DNA of 54,414 bases, from contig JAGWND010000001.1 in assembly GCA_028873075.1 (NCBI GenBank), positions 1 to 54,414 on the forward strand. The letters run 5' to 3'. The translations under genes were made by a program, and so were the position numbers. The notes under the pieces were generated by a model. That model was not told where the DNA came from. It did not search any database and saw only the letters and a list, made by a program, of their open reading frames with translations. Source of the stretch: Bacteroidota bacterium (GTDB taxonomy: Bacteria; Bacteroidota; Ignavibacteria; UBA10030; UBA8401). Shown here piece by piece: positions 19,196 through 28,399 of the stretch; within the stretch, counting starts at the first letter, position 1, and each line of letters begins with the position of its first letter.

Positions 19196-19417
19196 TTAGT
19201 AATTCCTGTTGTGACGTTTATCGAGACGCTGTTGTAGAAGTTGTTGAAACTCTTGCTCGGAAAGATTCGGATATCTTTTTCGAAGTCCGTGAATAAAAAG
19301 CTGCTTGCCGAAATCAGAAAGCGCAAAAGCTTTCTGCAATCGCTGTTCAGGCGTCATTTTCCTTAACACCTGAATATAAAGGTGATGATTCGGTTTTGGC
19401 TTGATATCCACAGACAT
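19196..19417 (-). CDS. small conserved hypothetical protein (73 aa from the ATG; the 80-aa ORF starts at a TTG)
   Basis: MTPEQRLQKAFALSDFGKQLFIHGLRKRYPNLSEQEF..RLDKRHNRNY resembles small proteins I recall from cyanobacteria. A GAGGGGAG Shine-Dalgarno-like box lies upstream of ATG 19417. Confidence 0.5.
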   Translation of the reverse strand: MSVDIKPKPNHHLYIQVLRKMTPEQRLQKAFALSDFGKQLFIHGLRKRYPNLSEQEFQQLLQQRLDKRHNRNY

Positions 19418-19484
19418 TCTACGATTTGCTCCCCTCAATATAAATTTTTACGCAAGGACTGTCAATTAATTTTGGGAATGCGGC

Positions 19485-20930
19485 TTACCCCTTCCTCATC
19501 ACATACTCATCAATTGCTTTTGCAGCAGTTTTTCCTGCACCCATCGCTTTGATCACCGTCGCTGCGCCGATGACGATATCGCCGCCAGCCCACACACCTT
19601 CGCGCGATGTTTTTCCTGATTCATCCGCAACAATGTTGCCGTACTTTGTCACACTGAGGCCGGGCGTTGTTTTGTTGATAAGCGGATTCGAGCCGTTGCC
19701 GACTGCAATGACAACCGCTTCGGCTTCGAGCGTAAATTCGCTGCCGGGAATCGGAACCGGCTTGCGCCTGCCCGACGCATCCGGTTCGCCTAATTCCATC
19801 CGCTGGCATTCAACGCCGTTCAGCCATCCATCTTTGCCGAGAAAGCGCGTCGGGTTCGTCAAAAGCAAAAACTCAATGCCTTCCTGTTCGCCGTGATGAA
19901 TTTCTTCTTTGCGCGCAGGCATCTCGACATGCGAGCGGCGGTACACGATGTACACTTTTTCCGTCCACGGCAGGCGGAGCGCCGTGCGCGCGGCATCCAT
20001 CGCCGTGTTGCCTCCGCCGACAACGACAACATGCTTCGCCATCGGCACCGGTGTATCGGCGCTATTAGGGAATTCAAACCCCTTCATCAAATTGACGCGG
20101 GTAAGAAATTCGTTGGCGGAATAAACGCCGTTCAGATTTTCTCCCGGAAGCTTCATGAAGTACGGCAGTCCAGCTCCCGTTCCGATAAACGCTGCATCGA
20201 AACCGTCTTCGTTCATCATCTCGTCAATCGTGCGCGTCATGCCGACGACAAAATCGCATTTGATCTGTACGCCAAGCTTCTCGAGATACTGCACTTCCGC
20301 TTCAACAATTTGTTTCGGCAGACGAAACTCAGGAATGCCGTACACGAGCACACCGCCCGGTTTGTGCAGCGCTTCAAAAATCGTTACCGAATGCCCGCAC
20401 TTCGCCAAATCGCCGGCACAGGTCAATCCCGCCGGACCGGCGCCAATGATGGCAATTTTCTTTCCGGTCGGCGGCGGTATTTCCGGAATCGCCATCTCGC
20501 CGTTCGCACGCTCCCAATCCGCAACAAAGCGCTCCAAGCGTCCAACCGCCACCGGATCAACTTTCGCACCGATCACACAAAGCGATTCGCATTGGTCTTC
20601 CTGCGGACAAACTCTTCCGCAGACAGCAGGAAGCGCATTAGTTTGTTTCAAGAGCTGTGCTGCACGAGCAAAATTTCCCGCCGCAACTTGTTCAATGAAC
20701 TGCGGAATCTGCACGTTGACCGGACAGCCTTCAACGCATTTTGCTTTTTTGCAGAGCAGGCAGCGCTCTGCTTCTTCCATTGCCATTTCGGGAGTGTAGC
20801 CGAGCGGCACTTCGAAAAAATTATGGGCGCGTTCCAGCGGACTTTGTTCCGGCATCGGGTGCCGCGGAATTTTCATCCGCTCTTTGTTGGAAATTTTCGG
20901 TTTGACTGATATTTGGATGTCGGTGTTCAT
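19485..20930 (-). CDS. nfnB: NfnB / GltD-like NADPH-dependent oxidoreductase (glutamate synthase small-chain family, 2x[4Fe-4S] + FAD)
   Basis: 481 aa with Cys clusters CLLCKKAKCVEGCP and CGRVCPQEDQCESLC and two Rossmann motifs (IIGAGPAGL, VVGGGNTAMD). It is paired with an NfnA-like gene upstream. Confidence 0.85.
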   Translation of the reverse strand: MNTDIQISVKPKISNKERMKIPRHPMPEQSPLERAHNFFEVPLGYTPEMAMEEAERCLLCKKAKCVEGCPVNVQIPQFIEQVAAGNFARAAQLLKQTNALPAVCGRVCPQEDQCESLCVIGAKVDPVAVGRLERFVADWERANGEMAIPEIPPPTGKKIAIIGAGPAGLTCAGDLAKCGHSVTIFEALHKPGGVLVYGIPEFRLPKQIVEAEVQYLEKLGVQIKCDFVVGMTRTIDEMMNEDGFDAAFIGTGAGLPYFMKLPGENLNGVYSANEFLTRVNLMKGFEFPNSADTPVPMAKHVVVVGGGNTAMDAARTALRLPWTEKVYIVYRRSHVEMPARKEEIHHGEQEGIEFLLLTNPTRFLGKDGWLNGVECQRMELGEPDASGRRKPVPIPGSEFTLEAEAVVIAVGNGSNPLINKTTPGLSVTKYGNIVADESGKTSREGVWAGGDIVIGAATVIKAMGAGKTAAKAIDEYVMRKG

Positions 20931-20943
20931 TTGTTAAAAGAAT

Positions 20944-21037
20944 GATTCAAGATTCAGGTTTCAGGTTTCAGGTTTCAGGTTTCAATGGTTTGAGATTCGT
21001 GATTCGAGTTTAGAGTTTGCAAGTTACGAGTTTCAAG
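20944..21037. repeat. degenerate heptanucleotide tandem array (about 13 units, CAGGTTT x4 perfect at 20955-20982)
   Basis: GATTCAA GATTCAG GTTTCAG GTTTCAG GTTTCAG GTTTCAA ..ATTCGTG ATTCGAG TTTAGAG TTTGCAA .. TTTCAAG. Confidence 0.9.
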
Positions 21038-21053
21038 CAGAGCAGCGGCACTT

Positions 21054-21085
21054 ATTCCATCATTCCAATGTTCCATTATTCCAAC
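21054..21085. repeat. 8-nt periodic array of (A/G)TTCCA words, x4
   Basis: ATTCCATC ATTCCAAT GTTCCATT ATTCCAAC, starting at 21054, 21062, 21070 and 21078. Confidence 0.85.
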
Positions 21086-21147
21086 CTACTTATCTTTTTC
21101 ACTTCTGACAACTGACTTATTCCTCGAATCGCGAAACTCGGAGCCAC

Positions 21148-22008
21148 TCACCACACCGCTGTTTCTCTTTGCTCCTGCGTTGCGCAAATCTTGTTGAACA
21201 ATTCCAGCGAGATTTTTTCCTGCGGCGAATACATTTTTTGACGCGCCATCAGTAATTCGAAATCAACCTGATGCGCATCGAATTCCGGTCCGTCAACGCA
21301 GGCGAATTGTAATTTATCTCCGACAACGACACGGCACGCGCCGCACATTCCCGTTCCGTCCATCATAATCGGATTCAGGCTGACAAGCGTCTGTACGCCG
21401 TACGACCGTGTGAGATCGGCAACCGCTTTCATCATCACCACCGGGCCAATGGCGAGCACAACATCCATCGGCTCGCGATTTTCGAGCATCGATTTCAGAA
21501 CTGTCGTTACAAATCCTTTCGTGCCGTAGCTTCCGTCGTCTGTAGCTATGCGCACATCATCGGAAATTGCGCGCATTTCATTTTCCATCAGCATCAACCC
21601 TTTTGTTCTCGCGCCAATAATGGAAATTGTTTTATTGCCGATGAGCTTGTGCGCGCGGACGATCGGGTGAATTGCCGCAATCCCGAATCCTCCGCCGAGC
21701 GCAACGAGCGTCTTCCCTTTTTCTATGTGACTCGGAATGCCGAGCGGTCCCACAACATCCGCCAGCACGTCGCCCGCTTTCATCATGCTCATCATGATTG
21801 TCGTTTTACCGATTGCCTGTACGTAGAGCGTGATAGTCCCTTTCGCAACATTCCAATCCGCAAGCGTGATAGGAATGCGCTCGCCGTCATCGTACAAACG
21901 AAGAATCACAAACTGTCCGGCTTTTGCTTTCCTTGCTACGTCGGGCGCTTCGATAATGTAGCGGTATACTTTAGCTGCAAGATCGTTCTTCTCAAGAATT
22001 CGAAACAT
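21148..22008 (-). CDS. nfnA: NfnA-like ferredoxin-NADP+ reductase subunit (sulfide/dihydroorotate dehydrogenase-like FAD/NAD-binding protein with C-terminal [2Fe-2S])
   Basis: 286 aa with the FNR-like fold (RIPITLAD, GGGFGIA) and a C-terminal CGACRV...CVDGP cluster. Confidence 0.8.
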   Translation of the reverse strand: MFRILEKNDLAAKVYRYIIEAPDVARKAKAGQFVILRLYDDGERIPITLADWNVAKGTITLYVQAIGKTTIMMSMMKAGDVLADVVGPLGIPSHIEKGKTLVALGGGFGIAAIHPIVRAHKLIGNKTISIIGARTKGLMLMENEMRAISDDVRIATDDGSYGTKGFVTTVLKSMLENREPMDVVLAIGPVVMMKAVADLTRSYGVQTLVSLNPIMMDGTGMCGACRVVVGDKLQFACVDGPEFDAHQVDFELLMARQKMYSPQEKISLELFNKICATQEQRETAVW

Positions 22009-22025
22009 AGAATTACTCTTTTATT

Positions 22026-22089
22026 ATCCACAAAGAACACAAATGAACACAAATAATTTTTTCGCGTACTTTTGTGTCCCTTTGTGGAT
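22026..22089. repeat. long hairpin in the nfnA leader built from CACAAAG/CTTTGTG words
   Basis: ATCCACAAAGAACACAAA (22026-22043) pairs with TTTGTGTCCCTTTGTGGAT (22071-22089), giving 10 + 7 bp around an internal loop. It ends 17 nt before the nfnA ATG. Confidence 0.7.
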
Positions 22090-22230
22090 ATCTTTTCTTC
22101 CAACTTATGTGCCAGAACTTTATTGCTTCAATTGCACATTATATTGAGGAAAAACTAATGAAGCGCCCCTTGCTTCGCAAAAGTGGGAATGGTTCTCAGA
22201 AGTGGAACAGATTGGTGCGTACGGGGAGAT

Positions 22231-22270
22231 ACAAAAATAAAAAAGGCATTCACCGCAGCAAATGCCTTTT
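22231..22270 (-). terminator. intrinsic terminator after the DUF4097 gene
   Basis: AAAAGGCATT-10 nt-AATGCCTTTT forms a 10-bp stem with T/A runs on both sides. Confidence 0.7.
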
Positions 22271-22294
22271 CAACAGCACAAAAGAAACTGCAAA

Positions 22295-23359
22295 CTATTT
22301 TTTCCGAATTTCGATGTTGGCGTTTGTCGTTTTCAATGTAATTTCCTGCCCCCCGCCATTCAAAATATATGTGCGGTTAATTTCATCGTCGTCGCTAGTA
22401 CTGTTTTTCTGTGCTTCGAAATCGGATACGATGCCGTAATCCTCCGGCGACGCATCCTCCAAACGAATGATTGCATGAATGGTTGCCTTCGCATTTGCAG
22501 GCACGGAAAATTCAATATCGCCGCCGCCGGTCATGATCTTGCTCGGTTCCGCATCGGTCGGATCAAGTTCCGCCGAAACACTCCCGCCTCCTGTTGAAGC
22601 TTCGACAGAGCCGACAAGGCTTTTTAATTCAAGATGTCCGCCGCCGGTACTTGCCTCTATCCTTCCTTTGCTCCCGTTAACCTCAAGCGATCCTCCGCCG
22701 GTGGAGAGCCTTGTGCCTGTCGGTGCACCGGTCACCTCAATGCTGCCGCCGCCTGTTTTTACGTTAAGCGATCGTTGCACACTGTCAACATGAACTTGTC
22801 CACCGCCGGTCGAAACTTCCAATGCACCGGTCACATGGTGGATGTTCATTTGGCCGCCGCCGGTTCTCAGATCGGCGTCACCTTCAACAACATCAATTCG
22901 GACTTCGCCGCCACCGGTTTTTGCCTTCATGTTCCCGACGATACGCTCAACGTGAACTTCACCCCCGCCTGTTGTCGCATCAAATGTACCGCGAAGAGAA
23001 CCGTGCTCTTCTATCCGTCCGCCGCCTGTGCGAAGCTCGGCGTTGTATTGCGAAGGGACGCGAATTGCAAACGATGGACCGCGCGAGTTATTCCAGCGGT
23101 GAGAAGGATTATATTTCACACGCACACCGTCATCGGTGTTCTCGATTAAAAGATTTTCGACTTCTCTCTCCGGGATGCCTTTCGCTTCGACTGAAACCTC
23201 TTCTTTTTCCCACGGCTCAAGAGAAATCTCGCCGGTTTTCACATCAACGAAAAGCGTACCGCCGCTTTTTACTGAAAATGATTTTGTGCCCGCCCAAACA
23301 GACGACGCTACAATTCCCAATAAACAGACTGCTGCCCAAAAAAGTATCCGATGTTTCAT
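22295..23359 (-). CDS. DUF4097 (putative adhesin, beta-helical) repeat protein
   Basis: 354 aa with a signal peptide and about 10 repeats of xTGGGxVxV. Confidence 0.85.
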   Translation of the reverse strand: MKHRILFWAAVCLLGIVASSVWAGTKSFSVKSGGTLFVDVKTGEISLEPWEKEEVSVEAKGIPEREVENLLIENTDDGVRVKYNPSHRWNNSRGPSFAIRVPSQYNAELRTGGGRIEEHGSLRGTFDATTGGGEVHVERIVGNMKAKTGGGEVRIDVVEGDADLRTGGGQMNIHHVTGALEVSTGGGQVHVDSVQRSLNVKTGGGSIEVTGAPTGTRLSTGGGSLEVNGSKGRIEASTGGGHLELKSLVGSVEASTGGGSVSAELDPTDAEPSKIMTGGGDIEFSVPANAKATIHAIIRLEDASPEDYGIVSDFEAQKNSTSDDDEINRTYILNGGGQEITLKTTNANIEIRKK

Positions 23360-23417
23360 ACGACTCTCCGTTTCTTTGATGAAAGGATTTTTTGCTTTCT
23401 ATCACCCATGATATTTA

Positions 23418-26069
23418 TTACTCACCTAAATAATATGTCAGCTTCACCATAAAAATATTGTTGAACTGTGCATTGATGAGACGATGCAGCGATGACCCGA
23501 AATGAAATTCGCCGTGGTCGTTGTAATCATCCGTTCCGCTCTGCGTCCAGACGAAATAAAGCACGGAGCCGGGAAGATATTCCCAGCGCAGCACGGCGTT
23601 GCCGCGCAATGATTTGAAATTGAAATCCGGATCATCGAATGTAAACGAATTCGCCGGTCCGTTTCCGTCGGGATCAACCGTGTATTCCGATCCCTGCTTC
23701 GAAACATCGCTCGCCGAATATTGATTGAACTCGTACGAAAGCGGGCGAGCAAGCTCTTTGTAGTCGTGATACTTTCCCGAAGAAATCAGCGGCTGCAAAT
23801 AAAGCTGGACGCTCAACTGAGGAGTGAATGTCCAGTTCAACCGAATGCTCGCAGAGAGCGTCGTTTGGTCGAGCGTGGCGAAAACGTACCGGCTGCCGTA
23901 TGTCGGCGCCGCCAGCGGATCGGTAAACGCGCCGACCCACTGCGAAAAATCTTTTACCTTTCCGAAATCCGGCTCGAAGCTCACGTACACATTGCCTGCA
24001 GGCTTCCACACGACGCTTGAAGAAACATCCCATTGGTTGCTCGACTTTTGATTGTACGTCGTGCCCTGGAGTCCGAATACCCATTTCTCTTTGCCGTTCG
24101 ATTGAGCGGAAGCGTCAACCTGAAATCCGGGTTCGTTCAACGCAAGCGGGCCGCCGCGCGTGAGACGGTTATTCACGGTTTGCGGATTATACGCAACATC
24201 GTATGAGACAAAATAAAAATTCGGAAGCGTCGCTTCTGTGCGCTGAAACATTCCTTCCCAAATCGTGTTGCCGTCAAAATTGTGGCTGCCAAACACAGCA
24301 AGCATCGTCCAGATTTGCTGATAATATTTCGTCGGCGTTACCCATTGATAACCGGCACCTGCGTGGTAATTGATCAGATCGTTTCGCCAGACAAAGCCGA
24401 GATCGTTCACATCGAATCCCGGCGAAATGAAACCGAGCGCCGAGTTGACGAAAAAGTTTCCTTTCTGTTTGATGAGACGGAATCGTCCGGCATACCCGGA
24501 TAACGACGTCGCTGCACTGTCAACGTGATAGCTCTTTGCATCGGGGCGCTGAAAATAATGGCGCGAGCTTGTTTGCACATCGAGCATCCGCGCCGTTGTT
24601 CCTTCAATGCGGGAACTGCCGAGCCAGCCTGTTGCAACCCACGATTTGTCGCCGTCGAGAAATGTCCATCCGTCAATGCCGCCGCTCAGTGCGCGGCTGT
24701 CGAGCTGATCGCGCAAACCGTTATTGTCGTTATCGAACGCTCTGTCGGTGAACGTGGAAATGAATCCAACCGCCTGATCGCCGCTGTTGAATTGTTTCTG
24801 TGCGCGCGCGATACCGTAATAGGTAAGCGGCTCGACTTCAACCGCTGAACGCCGGCCGGCGAGTTGAATCTGCGCATTCTCTTTTGACGTTACAGCGTGA
24901 ATCGTGCCGATATTCCAGTTGCCGCCGACATTTCCGGAAAGTTTTGCGGCGCCGAGAATTCGTGTTCCGGCCGGTTCATCAATATAATCGTACGACGGCA
25001 AGCTTCCTTCCGGTGCTCTTCCGATTCTTCTGCTGTAGAAGAAGTCCGGACTGCCCCAGTTGAAACCCCAGTTGTTGCGCGCCCCGCCGTTGCCGAAATC
25101 GAAAATGCTTTGTCCTTCGAGAAAGAAGGGCCGCTTTTCCTGATAAAATGTTTCGACGTCGCTCAGGTTCACGACCGCCGGATCAACTTCCACTTGACCG
25201 AAATCGGGATTGATCGTTCCGTCGAGCGTGAGGTTGCTTCCGATGCCGACTTTCAGATCGGCGCCGGTTGCCGGAACATATTTCGAGCCGGAATTGAACG
25301 GATCGCCTGCGGCAGGATGAGAATATTCCGCGCGCGTTGTGACGTACGGCGTTACTTCAAATCTGCCCGGCGGCGTGATGTTTTCGATTCCTGCAAGATC
25401 GGGAAAACGGGAGACAAAACCGCTTCCGTTTTTCGGGGTGTACACAATCTGGTCCGTTTCATTTCTGCGTGCAATATCCCGCCGAAAATTTATTCCCCAA
25501 ATAATTTTTTTGCTTTCGTGGAAGCGAAGCTGCGAGTACGGAATACGAAGTTCCGCCGTCCATCCTTTGCTGTCAATGCGCGTTTTCCCTTCCCAGACGC
25601 CGTCCCATGAATCGTCGGTCCAATCGTCGTTCAGGAATGTTCCGTCAATCAGCGTGCCTGCGGCGCTCACACCGAAATAAAATCCGCTCCGCTTGTCGTG
25701 ATAGGTATCGAGTCCGACGGCAAAAAAATCGGCTGTGGTTATTCCATCGCGGCGGGTAAGCTCAGCGATAATCGAATCGGGAGCAGAATCGTACATCCGC
25801 GCACCGACATATAACGCCTGATCATCGTACAGCAACCGCACTTCTGTTCTTTGCGTCGGAGCCGCTCCCTGCACCGGATCGCTTTGCACGAAATCGGTGA
25901 TCGGCGGCGCGCTTTGCCACGCGCGTTCGTCGAGCATTCCGTCAATCGTGATCGCCTGCGTCGTTCGCACGGCGCGGATTTCAGGAATGACGCGCGGCGT
26001 AGTTCCTTCGCCGGCAACCGCGTATGATGCGGAGGACAGGATCGGCAATATCAGCAGCAAAAATTTCAT
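23418..26069 (-). CDS. CBM9-like / DUF5916 outer-membrane protein
   Basis: 883 aa with a signal peptide. N-terminal ITIDGMLDERAWQSAPPITDF.Q..P is a CBM9-like module, followed by a long beta-rich C-terminus ending in an aromatic residue pattern. Confidence 0.8.
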   Translation of the reverse strand: MKFLLLILPILSSASYAVAGEGTTPRVIPEIRAVRTTQAITIDGMLDERAWQSAPPITDFVQSDPVQGAAPTQRTEVRLLYDDQALYVGARMYDSAPDSIIAELTRRDGITTADFFAVGLDTYHDKRSGFYFGVSAAGTLIDGTFLNDDWTDDSWDGVWEGKTRIDSKGWTAELRIPYSQLRFHESKKIIWGINFRRDIARRNETDQIVYTPKNGSGFVSRFPDLAGIENITPPGRFEVTPYVTTRAEYSHPAAGDPFNSGSKYVPATGADLKVGIGSNLTLDGTINPDFGQVEVDPAVVNLSDVETFYQEKRPFFLEGQSIFDFGNGGARNNWGFNWGSPDFFYSRRIGRAPEGSLPSYDYIDEPAGTRILGAAKLSGNVGGNWNIGTIHAVTSKENAQIQLAGRRSAVEVEPLTYYGIARAQKQFNSGDQAVGFISTFTDRAFDNDNNGLRDQLDSRALSGGIDGWTFLDGDKSWVATGWLGSSRIEGTTARMLDVQTSSRHYFQRPDAKSYHVDSAATSLSGYAGRFRLIKQKGNFFVNSALGFISPGFDVNDLGFVWRNDLINYHAGAGYQWVTPTKYYQQIWTMLAVFGSHNFDGNTIWEGMFQRTEATLPNFYFVSYDVAYNPQTVNNRLTRGGPLALNEPGFQVDASAQSNGKEKWVFGLQGTTYNQKSSNQWDVSSSVVWKPAGNVYVSFEPDFGKVKDFSQWVGAFTDPLAAPTYGSRYVFATLDQTTLSASIRLNWTFTPQLSVQLYLQPLISSGKYHDYKELARPLSYEFNQYSASDVSKQGSEYTVDPDGNGPANSFTFDDPDFNFKSLRGNAVLRWEYLPGSVLYFVWTQSGTDDYNDHGEFHFGSSLHRLINAQFNNIFMVKLTYYLGE

Positions 26070-26075
26070 AACAGT

Positions 26076-26188
26076 TTTTCGAGTTTCGTGGTTTGAGCTT
26101 TGAGGTTCGAAACGCTCCTTACTGCTTATTTGTTTCGAGAGTTAGAACTCTAAAACTCGAATCACGAATCCCGAACCTCAAACCTTTT
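26076..26188. repeat. heptad-periodic inverted-repeat element E3 (intercistronic)
   Basis: TTTTTCG AGTTTCG TGGTTTG AGCTTTG AGGTTCG ... AACTCTA AAACTCG AATCACG AATCCCG AACCTCA AACC. The stem 26097-26109 pairs with 26172-26184 (12/13 bp). It shares GTTTCGTGGTTTGAG (26083-26097) with E1. Confidence 0.8.
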
Positions 26189-26190
26189 TT

Positions 26191-27312
26191 CTACTTTACA
26201 AGCTTTCTAATCTCGATATTCCCGGCAGACGTTTTCAAAGAAATATCTTCGCCGCCGCCGTTGAGTATGTATTTACCGTAGATTTCCTCTTCGTCTTTAT
26301 CTTTATGATATTCAGCGGCTTTGAAATCAGAATGGATATCGTACCTCTCGTCGGAGTGCCGCCACCATCCCCGCAACCTGATCTCCGCTTCGATCGTCGC
26401 GCGCGCGTGTTCATCAATGTAAAGCGTCACATCGCCGCCGGATGAGCTAAGCTCGCTGTCACCTTTCCCGCTCGGCGTTAATTCCGCAGTGACATTGCCG
26501 CCGGAAGTTTTTCCTTCTACCGAGCCGGTAATATTGCGTAATTCAAGATCGCCGCCGGCTGTTTTTGCGGAAACTCTTCCGCTGGCGCTTTGGAGCTCAA
26601 TGCTGCCGCCCGCAGTTCGGAGCGTTGCGCTGCCCGAAACTTTCCCAACGGTAATATCGCCGCCGGCAGTCGTAACATTCGCATCGCCGCCGACATCACC
26701 GAGCTGAATATCGCCGCCGGCAGTTGATCCTTTGAACGATTTTCCAATTTTCTCAACGCGAATATTTCCCCCGGATGTGCTGACGTCCGTTTCACCGGAA
26801 ACAGAGCCGACACGCACATCACCGCCGGAGGTTCGCAGCGTTACTGTTCCCTCCACATCACCGGTGGTAACATCGCCGCCGGAGGTTGTGCCCTTCACTC
26901 TTCCTTTCACGACCCCGCGCAGATCAATGTTGCCCCCCGACGTGTGAACATCGGCGTCAAATTCCTGCGGCATCCGAATATCGAAACGGGCGTCGCCGTT
27001 AAATCCCCAGCGCGGGCGAAAATCTACACGCACGGTATTATCGGATTGGGAAATTTCCAGGTCTTCCAAATCGTCGTCATCAATTCCTTCGGCGCGGACG
27101 CTCACCTCGTTTTTATCCCACGTGTTGATGGCGATATCGCCGCCGCTGACGGTGACTTCAAGATTCCCCCCCTTGCTGACGGTGAATGTTTTCGTGCGGC
27201 TTGCGCCCGAATCGGCACATGCCGTGTTCATGAAGAAAACCGCGAAAAATAATTGAACGACGAAGAGATGAATGGCGCTGGATAAATGGATTGATGGATT
27301 GATGGTTTTCAT
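26191..27312 (-). CDS. DUF4097 repeat protein, paralog of 22295..23359
   Basis: 373 aa with a signal peptide and repeated T(S/A)GGD(I/V) units. Its start overlaps the anti-sigma stop (ATGA). Confidence 0.85.
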   Translation of the reverse strand: MKTINPSIHLSSAIHLFVVQLFFAVFFMNTACADSGASRTKTFTVSKGGNLEVTVSGGDIAINTWDKNEVSVRAEGIDDDDLEDLEISQSDNTVRVDFRPRWGFNGDARFDIRMPQEFDADVHTSGGNIDLRGVVKGRVKGTTSGGDVTTGDVEGTVTLRTSGGDVRVGSVSGETDVSTSGGNIRVEKIGKSFKGSTAGGDIQLGDVGGDANVTTAGGDITVGKVSGSATLRTAGGSIELQSASGRVSAKTAGGDLELRNITGSVEGKTSGGNVTAELTPSGKGDSELSSSGGDVTLYIDEHARATIEAEIRLRGWWRHSDERYDIHSDFKAAEYHKDKDEEEIYGKYILNGGGEDISLKTSAGNIEIRKLVK

Positions 27313-28307
27313 TGTGAAACCTCCTGTAAGACTGTTCGCGCCTGTAGCCGAACATAGTTGGTGTCATCTGATTGCACTTTTTTCTTCAACGCTCTGAGAA
27401 TATCGGCGTCGCTCATGCGTTTTTCATGCGATGTCAATTCAAGACTGTTGATCGCAGCGACGCGCATTCCCGAATTTTTATCGTGAAGAAGCACAAAGAG
27501 GACCGCCTCTTTGATTTCCTTGTCGAACGGCATCTGCATCAGCGCGCGCAACGCCTCGCTCCGCACGCCGGGATTGCCGTCTGTTTTCAACGCGGTAATA
27601 AGCGCCGATTTCACCGCCGGATCGGCATCGCGTAATTGTTCCCCTTGCTCGGCAAGAGCGCTGACGGTTTTCAGCCGCACACCTGGATTGTCGCTGTTGA
27701 CAATTGCATGTGCCATTACTTTCTGCACTTGCTCGTCGTTCACATTTCCTTTCACTCGCATGGGTGTTACTGCATCGAACGTGAATTCAACTTCTCCGCT
27801 TTGAGGATCGAGATTGAGAAAATGGAGATTGTCTGTTCGCGTGCCGCCGCGAAGAAATCCGCCGTTGACGGACTGCCGGCTATTTTGCGATGTTTCTGAA
27901 ACAAGCGGCATCCCGTTTTGTTTTGTTTGCTCAAAGCCTGTCCGATAAAAAATCGCGTACCCGATTCCAACGCCGGCCAAAAGCATTGCCGCAGCACTGA
28001 ACGCAAAGCGGTAGCGCGGTGCAAATATTTTGCCTGCTCTTTCAGCAACTCTCTCCCATAGTGATTGCTTAACAGTTTCCCGGCGAAGCGCCGCGCGCAA
28101 TTCCTGACGCGCTTCATTCAACAGTTCGCCGGTAACTTCAACGGCAGGTAGACCTGACAGAACTGCATTGAACGCTTTTAACGATTCAAGCTCGCCCCGG
28201 CATTCAGTGCACGTTTCAAGATGCTGCCGCACTTCCGCTGTTTCATCCGGCGAGAGATCGCCGTAAAGAAAAATCGGCAGAAGTTCTTTGATGTGTTTGT
28301 GATTCAT
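27309..28307 (-). CDS. anti-sigma factor (zf-HC2 N-terminus, one TM, HEAT-like periplasmic repeats)
   Basis: 332 aa with HLETCTECRGELESL (zf-HC2), the TM segment FAFSAAAMLLAGVGIGYAIF, and C-terminal NPGVR-containing HEAT-like repeats. Confidence 0.8.
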   Translation of the reverse strand: MNHKHIKELLPIFLYGDLSPDETAEVRQHLETCTECRGELESLKAFNAVLSGLPAVEVTGELLNEARQELRAALRRETVKQSLWERVAERAGKIFAPRYRFAFSAAAMLLAGVGIGYAIFYRTGFEQTKQNGMPLVSETSQNSRQSVNGGFLRGGTRTDNLHFLNLDPQSGEVEFTFDAVTPMRVKGNVNDEQVQKVMAHAIVNSDNPGVRLKTVSALAEQGEQLRDADPAVKSALITALKTDGNPGVRSEALRALMQMPFDKEIKEAVLFVLLHDKNSGMRVAAINSLELTSHEKRMSDADILRALKKKVQSDDTNYVRLQARTVLQEVSQ

Positions 28308-28376
28308 ACAATACCTCTATTGTTCCAACCCTTGGAGAATTAGTTGTTCTGGAGTTTAACTTCAGGACACAATTCA

Positions 28377-28399
28377 GTGCGGGAGTTCAATTCCCGCAC
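28377..28399. repeat. dispersed hairpin GTGCGGGAG-TTCAA-TTCCCGCAC, copy 1
   Basis: 26/27 nt are identical to 42653-42679. It is followed on the plus strand by AAC + T7. Confidence 0.8.

Noticed and set aside
20955-20982. The tandem repeats could be a CRISPR array.
   Set aside because: The units are 7 nt with no spacers, and no cas genes are present. This is a microsatellite-like array.
28377-28399. GGGAGTTCAA(C/T)TCCC resembles a tRNA T-arm.
   Set aside because: The loop is 5 nt rather than the 7-nt T-loop. No acceptor, D or anticodon arms can be drawn around either copy.
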